From the NCBI GenBank assembly GCA_964016885.1, contig OZ024743.1, positions 104,842,001 through 104,906,000 on the forward strand: 64,000 nt of DNA, given 5' to 3'. A program made the position numbers and the translations under genes. Within the stretch, counting starts at the first letter, position 1, and every line of letters starts with the position of its first letter. Positions 1-12,136 of this stretch are shown one piece after another. The notes under the pieces were generated by a model. It did not search any database and was not told the origin of the DNA. It was given only the letters and a program-made list of their open reading frames with translations. Source of the stretch: Eledone cirrhosa. Taxonomy: Eukaryota.

Positions 1-164
1 AGAGAGAGAGAGAAAGAGGGAGAGGGAAAAAGAGAGAGAGAGAGCGAGGGAGAGAGAGAAATATAATAAAATATGAAGATTGAAAGAGTAAATATTGTCA
101 GAGAAAAACATATATGTGTGTACGCGTGCAAGCGTGTATGTGAGTGTGAGTGCGTGCATGTGTA

Positions 165-247
<83 letters not shown>
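1..247. repeat. (GA)n and (GT)n microsatellites
   Basis: (GA)n-rich at 1-60 and (GT)n at about 168-245, seen directly. Confidence 0.95.
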
Positions 248-248
<1 letters not shown>

Positions 249-454
249 CATGAGTACGTGTATAGGATATTTATATATGAAAAATTACAAATTATAAAAA
301 TTTGTTCGAAATATTGTCAAGGACTGCACAAATAACACCAACAATGATATACTAGATGTGGTAAAACAGTGTTTCATTGTGAAATAATCACTCCAGATAT
401 TTTAGCACCTTATTTATGTAGAATTTGAAGTTGGTGAATATCGTTAAAAGATTG

Positions 455-535
455 ACCCCCAAATATAAGTCAATCCCCATTTTACCATCGAGTTTTTGGT
501 CACATATTCCTCGGCTCATGTTCGAGTATATACGG
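455..535 (-). mobile_element. End of a Tc1/mariner (Tc2/pogo-like) DNA transposon
   Basis: Minus strand reads TA|CCGTATATACTCGAACATGAGCCGAG, resembling Tc2/pogo-type TIRs with a TA target. The partner end was not found. Confidence 0.45.
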
Positions 536-699
536 TAATTTGAGCCATGATATTGTATCTTGTAGAAATCTAGAATGATAGAAGGAATTATTCCACGCCG
601 AAATACAAGCACAGATTTACACATAAACACGTGGACACACATGCAGCGGCACAAACATCACACATCCATACACATACACAATCACTCACACACTCACAT

Positions 700-1900
700 A
701 TAGAATAGCTTCTTCCCTGATTGCGCCTCTTTGCAATAAGGATGGAAATGAACTCGTTTGGGATTAGCCTGGTATCCTAAGAAGGTGGCAACAATATTTT
801 GTTGACCTTAATGTTCCTTCGAATATTGATGAGGGTTCGATAAACAACCTTCCTGACTACCTTGAAAAGCATGCTTTGACCAGTGTTTTTAAATAGAGGA
901 AGAGGAGATAGCAGTGACTAAACTAAATAGGGCCAAATCTAAAATGGACGGAAATAGGACAGAACTTTGAAATATGGAGGTGAGAACCTACTGAAAAAAA
1001 CTTCATGGTATCATACGTCACATCTGGAATAATGGAGCTGTTCCTCCTGATTGGTGAGATGCTCTGATGGTTGTCTTGTATAAGGGTAAGGGTAGTAAAG
1101 TTGAAGTAGCAACTATCGAGGTATATCTTTGCTCTCTGTGGTAGGGAAGATTTTGTGCAAGATTCTGTTACATCTGTTGCTTACGCACATTGCTAGAAAT
1201 GCACTTCCGGAATCTGAGTCTGGTTTTCTTGAGGAACGTGGTACAGCCGAGAGGATCTTTCCTGTCAAATAATTGCAATAGAAATGCTTAGAACAAGGTA
1301 TGGATTTTGTACCAAGTCTTTGTTGATCTTAACAAAGCTTTTGACACGGTGAACGGAAGGGTGTTGTGGAGAACATTGTAGAAGCTTGGGTGCCCTGAAA
1401 AATTTTTGAGTAGTTTGAGAGGATTTCACAACAGCAAGGATATTCGCGTAAATATGGTTGGAAAGCTGTCTGACCCCATAAATATCAGGAATGGAGTGAA
1501 GCAGGGAGATATTCTTGTTCTTACACTGTTTGCCTTGTACTTCGCAATGAAATTTCAACTAACTTGAGAGATTCTGCTTCAGCAAGGCTGGTAAGAAACG
1601 CCATCTTGTCAGTCATGAATATAGAACTCCTGCTAATTACCAAATTGCTATGGCCAGAAATACAACATACGCATACAGAACCTGTAACAAAAAATGCAGG
1701 CCTGCTGGCAGTCGAAAAAGGCACATCAAAATGCAAAATGAGCCTTAAGAGGCCAATAGGGCTATATTGAGAGCGTTGCACACCTGTGCAAAATTCACTT
1801 GTAGGCCTAAAAAACCAGATCTGTCCAGAGCACTCACAGGACTGAAGCTGATGTCGTTTGATAGCTATATCCGGTCATGAGGTGGCTGTCATGTATGTAT
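700..1900 (+). mobile_element. Decayed RTE-BovB-like LINE (RT fragment and 3' end)
   Basis: Frameshifted translation gives IWNNGAVPPDW, NYRGISLLSVVGKIL, FVDLNKAFDTVN, KLGCPEKF and NGVKQGD. It ends in an (ATGT)n-like tail similar to the non-autonomous RTE family. Confidence 0.85.
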
Positions 1901-2200
1901 GTTCTGGTTTTCTTATTTTATAAATTTTCACCAATAGAAAGTCGGTTTCTAACATAGAAATAATACATTTTCATTGAAGTTTTGACATCAACTAGGTATG
2001 ACATACACTTGTATGTCTGTATGCGTGTGTGTGTGAGTGTGTGTGTATGTGAAAGTATGGGTGCTATTGCATGTGTGAATATTTATGGTTTAAGTTATAT
2101 GTGTACACGTACATGTTTATGCAGTTATTTCATGCTGAATTTCTAAAATGTTTTATATATATTTTACATCTTAGTTCCATTAATGGTTTGTACTTGCAAC
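1895..2200 (+). repeat. Unclassified interspersed repeat, copy 1 (copy 2 at about 3895-4165)
   Basis: Both copies share the blocks ttctggtttt...caataga...agtcggtttctaac and gtacatgt.tatgcagtta. Confidence 0.6.
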
Positions 2201-2392
2201 TTGCTAATTAGCCGTGCCTTTCTCGGTCCCGTGAATCCTAGCTTCTCAAGTTCATACTGAAGCAGTTAGTAACATATCTGAGACTCTTAATTATCATGGG
2301 TACAAATCTAAAAGTATAGCCAAAGTGGAGTATCTGCAGAATCCGCATTAGTTCAGCATAAATGTTCTTTACGCTGATCTTTAGCATTATAT

Positions 2393-2550
2393 TGATTGGT
2401 AGTATCGGTAGAGTGTCGGACGCCATGCTTTCCAATCTAGAGTTACGTCCCTTTACGGTCTGAGTTCAAATCCCACCGAGGTTAACTTTACCTTTCATCC
2501 TTACGGCGTCGATAAAATAAAGTACCAGTAATGCTCTGAGATAATTGCTG
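2393..2550 (+). mobile_element. tRNA-derived SINE family A
   Basis: A-box-like head, B box GAGTTCAAATCC, and the conserved core CTTTCATCCTTACGG.GTCGATAAAATAAAGTACCAGT that recurs more than 15 times in the window. Confidence 0.9.
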
Positions 2551-2551
2551 T

Positions 2552-3890
2552 GCATGCAGGGAGTATTTATCAAGGATCTCCGTCTCAGTTCTCATGATGT
2601 TATCTGCACCATATAGACAAAGTTGTTCAATAGATGGGCTCCTACGCTTGGTGGTTCGTAGATGTTGTCGGAGGGATATGCTGTGACACTCGAATGTTGA
2701 TTGGACTAAAGTTAAACCTCTGCCTCCCTGTTTACGTTTCAGTTAGAGGCGCTTAATCTCACGGTTGATGTGGAAATTTCCAGTGTCGGTTAGAATGTTT
2801 CGCGTTTTAGCATCAATGGCTTGGATCTCATCTAGTAGTTCAAATGTTTGCGTTAGCACAGGCACAGTAAACACGTTGTGAGCCACTGATTTATTGTGCA
2901 CAGAGAGTTCAGAAGATCATAGTTTTCTTTATTGGGATGTTATATTCATTGGTTACACGTTCATTGTTACAAATACCATCATAGAATATATTTTCAACTA
3001 TCCCTAAGTATCTGTAGTAGTCCTCGTCAGATGCCGTTGAAACAGTCAGATCTCTGATAGATATACTGCTTGATTGGCTTGTAGATTTTCTTCGCTTTTC
3101 AATGATATAGGAACATTTATCCTAGCCAAACCCCATTCCTATATCTTTCGAGAACGTCGTAACGAGGTCTAGGTTTTTCTTCATACCATTTATATTCTTG
3201 CTATACAGTTTCAGGTCAACCACAAAGAAGCTATGTTTTAGGTTAGTGTTTCCGGCCTCCTGTGAACCAATCACATATCCTTCATATTCCCCAAGCATAA
3301 AGAACATGGGGTTAATTGACATTATAAATAGCATCGCAGAGAAACCCTCTCCTTGAAATATATCTATGCGATATTCTATTTTATCAGTGACAGTATAGTC
3401 CTCCCCTGTATTTAACCTCAGGATAGTAGCCAAGGAAAAAGATAGGTTTTCTATGACTCTGATAATGGTATCTAAGCTTTTTGCAAATCGGAGGGCCCCG
3501 AGCATCCAAGAGCGAGGAACAGAATCGAATGATTTCTTGTAGTGCAGCCAGACTATAACTAAGTTCCCTCTATGTAGCTGCACCACTGACGTCGTGGTTT
3601 TGTTAATTAGGAGTTGCTCAACACGCTCCAATCTCCTTTCTTCTCAGCAGTTTGCTCATCTGTGATGATTTTGCTATTGTTCCAATGGTCCCGGAGGAAT
3701 AATTTCAGACAGGCTGTATACATTTTATACATTAGGCTCTGGCATACAATACGTCGGTAGGTTTTTGATAAGTAGGTATATTTGCTTTTTCGGGACCAAT
3801 ATTGTTTCTGCTGATGTCAACCAGCTTGGTATTTATACATCACCCTTGAAAGCTTCATGGTAGAGGTTGATAACGTACATCCGATAGAAA
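2552..3890 (-). mobile_element. Decayed R4/Dong-like non-LTR retrotransposon RT fragment
   Basis: ORF 3122-3631 has WLHYKKSFDSVPRSW, IFQGEGFSAMLF and HSFFVVDLKLY (decayed YMDDLKLY). Upstream PSWLTSAETILVPK...YRRIVC...MYKMYT fits R4/Dong-type RT motifs. Confidence 0.75.
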
Positions 3891-4259
3891 GTACGAATGT
3901 ATGTATGTTCTTCTGGTTTTATAATTTCACAAATGTTTGCCAATAGAGAGAGAGTCGGTTTCTAACTTAGACACAAGACTCTCTCACTGGAATTTACACA
4001 ACACCAACCAGGTAGATATGTATGCATCTCTGCATGCATACATGTGTAGATATGGATGTTATTGTATGTGTGGATGTGTATATGCTTAGTATCTGTACAT
4101 GTGTATATGCAGTTATTAGATGCAACATTTTTGGAATGTTTTACATCTTTTTACTCTTCCATTAATGTATGTATGTATGTATGTATGTATGTATGTATGT
4201 ATGTATGTATGTATGTATGTATGTATGTATGCATGTGTGTCTCTCGCTCCCCCCAAAAT

Positions 4260-4686
4260 CTTTATTGGATTGCCGTTGACTCTCCTGATTTCCTCCGTTC
4301 TTTGACAGGTCTTGATTTTCATCCCACACGGTGTCCCAAATCACCCCCCCCTACACAAGCCTGGTGGGGTTGCCGGTTTAGTCACTGACGATCCGACCAT
4401 GCACATGTCACTCTGATATAAAACCTGCAACTTCGTTTGTATCCAATGATGTAGACCAATTCTTCTTTTTGAGTAAATGCATTCGATATTCAGAGAGCGG
4501 GATTGGCCCCGTGCAAAGCCTTTCCTCACTTAAAAAAAGCTTCAAGCACAGGCACCGCTTGAGGCACGACATGTCTGGCCATAGGAAAGTCCCTAGCAGG
4601 ACTAAAAGGTCACGTCCGTGATGCTCATTCTTAAGTATCAAGCGATGGCATTGCGCGAAATCGAACTGCAGCCATCATGTATGTAT
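4260..4686. mobile_element. Non-autonomous RTE-derived element with inverted 5' part
   Basis: 4260-4405 is the reverse complement of the family 5' part. 4408-4686 is the forward 3' part ending gcagccatcatgtatgtatg. Compare the colinear copy at 39890-40500. Confidence 0.7.
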
Positions 4687-4718
4687 GCATCGATAAATAA
4701 TTATATACATATATATAT

Positions 4719-5676
4719 ATATACTATAAATTATTTCCTTAGAATCATTTGATAAGATATATACCCAATTACATCTCCCAATTAGCATAATTGACCACAC
4801 AAAAAAACAATTAAACCAGGATATAAGATTAAAAGGCACCTGTGAAGAAATAATAGATAAATAAACGATAGCCACCTATTCGCGATCAACAGCCATAGAA
4901 TATTTACCCAGCATTTCAATAGCACGTGGAAATCGATTAAATATATCGTCAACCATACACAATTAGGTATAAAATTAAAGTTAGAAGAAAAAATGCATAT
5001 ACACATACCAGGATTACGGTTGAGATGCAATTTAGGCAATATTAGGCTGCGCTTTCTAGCAACCAGCCTACTAGCCGTAAGGCACCAATCACATTCTTTC
5101 TGACTTGACCACTGCCACGTCACAGTTCTTAGCCATTTTGAATTCGTTTCTGGCGGGGATCATTTAGGAAAAAATCTTTGTCCAAGTGAGTTTGTTTCCT
5201 GATGAGTTCGAAGCTCGAGAATTTATCCTTGATAGGATATTTCCGAAAGCGAACGAAACCCTAATGGGTATAAACGTAATCTTGGTATGTGTATATGCAT
5301 TTTTTCTTCTAACTTTAATGTTATAACTAATTGTGTATGGTTGATGATATATTTAATCGATGTCCACGTGCTATTGAAATGCTGGGTAAATATTCTATGG
5401 CTGTTGATCGCGAATAGGTGGCTATCGTTTATTTATCTATTATTTCTTCACAGGTGCCTTTTAATCTTATAGCCTGGTTTAATTGGTTTTATGTGTGGTT
5501 AATTATGCTAATTGGGAGATGAAATTGGGTACATATCTTATCAAATGATTCTAAGGACATAATTTATAGTATATTGCTCTGATTATTTAATTTATTAATT
5601 CATCATTGAGCCACATCGTGAATGGTTGCCAAAAACATATCTATGCTTTGTCTAGTTTGTGTATATGTAAATCTTA

Positions 5677-5680
<4 letters not shown>
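4719..5680. mobile_element. PLE remnant: GIY-YIG end, 3' region and HHR, followed by an inverted copy
   Basis: 4719-5021 and 5272-5574 are inverted repeats. The plus strand of the left arm gives HFNSTWKSIKYIVNHTQLGIKLKLEEKMHI, resembling a GIY-YIG C-terminus. The HHR lies between the arms and (TA)n flanks both sides. Confidence 0.65.
5194..5275 (+). ncRNA. Type I hammerhead ribozyme motif (long stem II)
   Basis: CUGAUGA 5199-5205; stem II GUUCG/CGAAC; GAAA 5255-5258; stem III CCC/GGG; GUA cleavage triplet ending 5270; stem I GUUU/AAAC with a C-U mismatch next to the core. Confidence 0.75.
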
Positions 5681-5710
<30 letters not shown>

Positions 5711-5711
5711 A

Positions 5712-5990
<279 letters not shown>

Positions 5991-6113
5991 CATATATATA
6001 TATTATAGTGGAAACAGAAAACAAAAGAAACAACAACGTGGAAGCGAAGAGGCAGTACAAAATGTTAATATTAGTTTCACGCTTGAGGGTGTGTGTGTGT
6101 GTGGGGGGGGGGG

Positions 6114-6147
6114 TACGTTTCGGGCATACGCCCTTCATCAGGAGAAA
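6114..6147 (-). ncRNA. Truncated hammerhead motif
   Basis: Minus strand UUCUC-CUGAUGA-A-GGGC-GUAU-GCCC-GAAA-CGUA; the rest is replaced by poly-C/(CA)n. Confidence 0.55.
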
Positions 6148-6943
6148 AGTGGGCAGGCATAGAGTTTCAAGGATGTGAGGGGGAATGGTGGAAAGACATT
6201 AAAGGGGGGGGGGGAGAAAAAAGGGAGGAAACAAAATTTTTTTAGAGGGTGAATAAAAATTAAAATGAAATAAGTGGCGAAAGGGTGTGAGGCGTGTAGG
6301 GGTGGTGGTGGGTGGATGGAAGGGGGAGAGGAGAGAGGGCGACGGGAGTTCCGAGCGGGGAGGGCTGAAGGTTGTGTGTGTGTATGTGTGTAGGTGTACG
6401 TGTGTGTGTGGATGTGAATGTGAGAGTTGGGGGAAGAACGAAGTTCCATGTTCGGGTAATAGGTAAACCGGTGTGTACATGTGGGGTGTAAGTCGGTGTG
6501 TGTGCGCGTGAGGAGGGAGAGGGGTGAAAGGGGGTGGAGGAGAGGAGGCGTGTGGAGTCCGGTGGCTGAATGTGTGTATGTGAGAATACGCACGTGTGTG
6601 TGTGTGTGTTTTTGTGTGGTGTGGATGTATGGTTGTGGTGCGAAAATAGTTTAAGTGTTTGTGTGTGTGTGTTCCTGGATGTTTTTTTCACGGATATATA
6701 TATATATATACAAATACACATGTAAATACGTACATATACATCATACACATACATACATACACACATAAACACACATACACATATATAAATGCAAATACTT
6801 AATGATAAAGATATATATATATAATTCACAATTGTTAGAAAGTTTTTCTGATGAAAGTTTGATATTTAATGATCTTACTTGAACAATATCACCGTAATAT
6901 TCATTTCAGTATATGAATTATGTCATACACACCCATATACATA

Positions 6944-7135
<192 letters not shown>

Positions 7136-8283
7136 CACACACGCATAGATATATTCACAAACACACACAGGCGTTGTCAAAAGGCGATCATAATACTCAA
7201 GAAAACACACTAGCCAAATGACAATTACATACATCTCGACACATACGTAGCTCGACATATTTGTCATATCTGAAAAATCCGAGATCGAATGGAAAAGAAA
7301 GCAGGTGTGTTGACAGCGCAAGTCTCAAACACCTCTTCGCAATTACTTGCCAATGCAATGTGTGAACTCTGGTATCATTAAATCACCACTTGTTCGTGGC
7401 TTTCATCTGTCATCTGCTAATAAATGCACACGCCGCAGCTGCGTTCACAGAAATATGTTCACCAACAAGAAGCCGTCACTTGCTATAATAATTCACGAGC
7501 ATTCGATGGCCACTTGAATATCGGTAGTTCCACTTCAAGAATCTCAATTTTAATTAGATCCATCTTAGTGTTGCACATAGAAAATCTAAAATAAGAACAT
7601 AGCGTCTTTGCGAAAAGAAATTACAAGTAGCAGTCCCTACAATATAAGGTACTGGTACAACTTACTGTCCATTTAAATGAGAAGTTTAGAAAATGAACGG
7701 CGCTGATTTAATATTTGAGTAGAAATGGTCATATTTCCTAATTTGAAAAAAGCGTGTAGAATCAAGAATACTAGAATTTGTCTGAACAAAAGGTCTTGGC
7801 GATACGATAATATGACACCCTACTTGATAAAATGTCAATTTATTGAAAAGATAATGACAGGAGTCACATTCGGGGAAATAACAACTTTAGTTGTAATAAA
7901 CGTATAATGGAACGATCGCGTAAAAGATACTTCGCTGGCTAGTAGAGCCACATGTTGTTCAGTATTAATTGAACAAATCAAAAGTTAAAGATGTGCACTT
8001 CTTTGGATATATATACCATTTTATATCTACGAATACATTATACAACGTGTCTTTGTGGTGTGTAATCTGAAGGAATTTGGTTTCTGTTTCTAACAAGTTG
8101 AGGGACCACATAAAGTCTTTTCATCGGCTTGCAGGTATTATAATCCTTAAATATATGTATGTGAAAGTATACACACACACACACACACACACACACAAAT
8201 CAACATAGATATATATAAATCATAAATTTATATCTATCTATCTGTATATATGTATAGGCACATACGCACACACACATACACAC

Positions 8284-8382
<99 letters not shown>

Positions 8383-8813
8383 ATTCTGCGTGTGTGTGTA
8401 TAAATATACGAAGGTAAGCAGGACATAGCGACACATGTTTAAAAATACACAATAACTTAAAAATGAAATTTTGAAAAAGGCTCCTACAGTGAAACTGTGC
8501 AGTCGAAAAACAAATTAGATAACTGATTACTCCTGCTAAACAACCTATTAAAGAACAAATAAATATAAACAAACTATAAGTTTTCATTTAACATTCTGTA
8601 CTGTACACAACAGTGTCTGCGTCTTCAAATGTTTTTTTATTATTATTTTCCATATTATATATATATGGAGAATAGAAATGGCTGTGTAGTTGCTATTTAA
8701 GTTACCTTAAAATGAAAATAGTAACAAAACAGCGAAAAAAACAACAAACCGAGCAAGCGCGAGCAACTATAGGTAGGAAATCCAAGACCATGCGATAATA
8801 GAACTTAAGTTCA

Positions 8814-8855
<42 letters not shown>

Positions 8856-8871
8856 TAAAATAACAGATTAA

Positions 8872-8922
8872 AGTTTAAGCAGGGAATCGCTGCTTTCACC
8901 CTTAACGGGATCTTCTGAAACT
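8872..8922 (-). ncRNA. Type I hammerhead motif with a core U4A substitution
   Basis: Minus strand AGUUU-CAGAAGA-UCCC-GUUAA-GGGU-GAAA-GCAG-CGAUUCC-CUGC-UU-AAACU. All three stems pair; the core is CAGAAGA instead of CUGANGA. Confidence 0.65.
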
Positions 8923-9151
8923 AACAAAGTCAATCTGTAAACGCAGAAGTGGATATTTCAAAAAACGTTGCAACCGGAGGAAGACAGGAAGACGGAGCCC
9001 TCTTTGGATTTTAGTCTTCAAATTTATTATTATTACTATATATATATATATATGAGGAACGATCGACTTTCGTCAAATCGGACCGAGGGAACAATGTTCC
9101 CGTTGGTCTTTCCAATTGCTAATACTATCTATCGGTCGCAACTCCAGGTAG

Positions 9152-9272
9152 AAGGAGCAACGTGAAATAAAGTGTCTTGCTCAAGGACATAACGCATCAC
9201 CTGGTCCAGGAATCGAACTCACAACCTTACGATTGCGAATCCAATTCCCTAACCACTCAGCCACACGCCTTC
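9152..9272 (-). mobile_element. tRNA-derived SINE family B (CORE-like), 5' part
   Basis: Minus strand has a tRNA-like head (tggctgagtggttaggg...gagttcgattcc) followed by ...tccttgagcaagacacttt. Relatives at about 23740-24140, 25310-25400, 27210-27500 and 39508-39842. Confidence 0.8.
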
Positions 9273-9274
9273 AC

Positions 9275-9324
<50 letters not shown>

Positions 9325-9340
9325 AGTGTGTGTGTGTGTG

Positions 9341-9635
9341 ATGATTTTGGTATGTTTATGTACACTTTTTCTTCTAACTTTGATTTTGTACCTAATTATG
9401 TATGGTTAACTGTATGTCTAGTCAATTTCTACAGGCTATCAGAAATACTAGGTACATTTTCTGTGGTTGTGAGTCGCGGATAAAAAGTTATCATTTATTT
9501 ATCCATTGTTTCTTCATAGGTATATTTTAAACTTATAGCCTCGTTTAAATGATTTTTTGTATGGTTGATTATGCTGATTGGGCGAAGAAATACTGTATAT
9601 ATTTTATCTAATGATTCTATGGGCTTACTTTCTTA
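9341..9635. mobile_element. Diverged copy of the PLE segment at 5277-5570
   Basis: Colinear similarity: ttggtatgt...ttttcttctaacttt...ttatagcct...atgattcta. Confidence 0.7.
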
Positions 9636-9659
9636 GATATATATATATATATATAGATA

Positions 9660-10181
9660 CATGATGGCTGCAAACTCTGCTAAGTGTATTGCAATCACTT
9701 GTCAGTTTACAGAAAATGGGGCACTTTTAGGCTACGGCCAGACATACGAACCTGTAACATATCCTGAAAAAGCAATGCCTGTGCTTTGAAGGTTTTTTAA
9801 AGTGGTTAAATGCCTTGTACTCTGCCAATCCCACTCTCTGAGCATCGAAAACACTACCCGAAGAGGAGAACTGGTCAACATCATCGGATGCTTCAGAAGC
9901 CACAGGTTTTACAGAGTTTCCCTCTCTTAGAAAAGTGTTGTGACAACAACTGGGGGCCTTTCACTCCCAGGTAAAAAAAAAGTACTATTTGGATTGCAGT
10001 TTACTCTGCTGATTTCTTCCGCCCTTGGCCGGGTTTTGTATTTCATCCCGCAGGGTGTCCGAATATCATCCTCCTCACCAACAAGCTTGGTGGGGTTGCC
10101 GGTTTAGTCACCGACGACCCGACCATGAGACAGGTTGTAATGGGTTACATGTTACCAGTAGCACTCGAGAGCGACCTACAT

Positions 10182-10185
<4 letters not shown>
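9660..10185 (-). mobile_element. Non-autonomous RTE-derived element
   Basis: Reverse-complement copy of 39890-40500, flanked by microsatellites. Confidence 0.8.
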
Positions 10186-10262
<77 letters not shown>

Positions 10263-10803
10263 GTGTATATACATATATTGACCTTGTGCAATCTCTCTCT
10301 CATATGCTATAACGCCAAGGAGATGACATGAAATTTGTAGTTTAAAACCTATGTGCATATCTTTGTTGATATGCGGGGGTCGGTGGTCTGTATTAATCCA
10401 TCAGCCTGGAACATGTGGCCCTTGGAGTGAAACGCTGTTCAGACTAACTTGGCCATCACCTAGAGTGCCTGGTAATTGACTAGATAATTAATCAATTTAC
10501 ATTCTTTTTTGTGGACATCACTTTAATACAACGAATAGACGAACCACATTAAAGTTAGCCCTAAAACAAATCAACGCATTTATACACATGATTACATTTC
10601 ATAAATCTGAACCTACAGACATGCCTTAAAATTAACTGCCTTCTTCTAACTACTATAGTCTTCTAATACTTATCTTTTTACTAATATTTTAGTTTATTTC
10701 TTCTCCTAACCCTATTTTTGGCCAGATGATATATTCATAGTTTTATATTTATGTATCCCTTTAACTACAGTCACCGTTGAATGAGCTGTCTGATAGACTA
10801 GAG

Positions 10804-10918
10804 CAGGGGTCGACAAACCCTGGCCCGCGAAGGACTTTTGTCCGGCCCGACAACAGGTTTCAATCTTAGGCTAGACACTGCGTGTGGCCCGCATATCCCC
10901 AAAGGTTGCCGACCCCTG
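10804..10918. mobile_element. hAT (Charlie-like) MITE, 115 bp
   Basis: TIRs CAGGGGTCGACAA / CAGGGGTCGGCAA; perfect 8-bp TSD GACTAGAG at 10796-10803 and 10919-10926; internal GGCCCG motifs. Confidence 0.93.
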
Positions 10919-11182
10919 GACTAGAGTTTTTAGGTATCCACTAAAGCGTAGCAATTTTATTAGGGAGGGACACTCGCTGGGAAGTATCTTCTGCGTCGGC
11001 ACTTGACCGTACCTCCCCTAGATCATCTAGCAGCATTCCGGGACTGCTTTCTCACAATACAACAGTTTTTACTAGTTAGGGAACTGAAATACAAATAAAA
11101 TACAGAGTTACTAACTCATATTGATACCCTGCAATTAACAAGCTCAAAGTATAAATACTGAGCATTATATAATAATAAAATT

Positions 11183-11306
11183 TACGATCTGAGTTCAAAT
11201 CCCGCCGAGGTTGACTTTGCCTTTCATCCTTACGGGGTCGATAAAATAAAGTACCAGTAATGCACTGGGTAATTACTGGTCTTGTGCCTAAAGTAGAAAC
11301 AATTAT
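11183..11306 (+). mobile_element. SINE family A, 5'-truncated
   Basis: B box and conserved core, ending agaaacaattat. Confidence 0.88.
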
Positions 11307-11520
11307 ATAATAATAAACAGATTAAATCTCTAATCTGTCCGAGAGATGAAATAGTTATTGATACGGTCTGTATATGAACACATTTTCATATCTTATGAAC
11401 ATTTTTTTATATCTTACGTATGATTCAGGTTAAATATATAAAACAAATGTCGTATTCTCTACCCTCGTAATTTTAGACACAGAATTCTCTGTGTTTATTT
11501 CTACATATATTATTATATGT

Positions 11521-11868
<348 letters not shown>

Positions 11869-12136
11869 CTTTATTACCATAAAGGCATAAAAAGAAGGGA
11901 CAAATACAAAGGGGGAGTTTACATACAATCGAGTAAAAAGGGTATAAAATGAAAATAATCGAAAATAACCTCAAAAGGGAGGGGACGTGATGGGGTTTGC
12001 ACACACGCCCGAAAAAGTGTGCAATCCTTTGCCCGGGGAGCACATGGAGAAGGTGCTCCCCTCTCCTTTACTTCTTTACCTACAGGATGGTATACAGAGA
12101 AGGCCCATTTACACGAGCCATTCTCGCCACTATCAC

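Noticed and set aside
6845-6885. Isolated CTGATGA strings (also about 19854 and a CTGAAAA variant near 56290)
   Set aside because: No properly placed GAAA or pairing stems, so they were not called as ribozymes.
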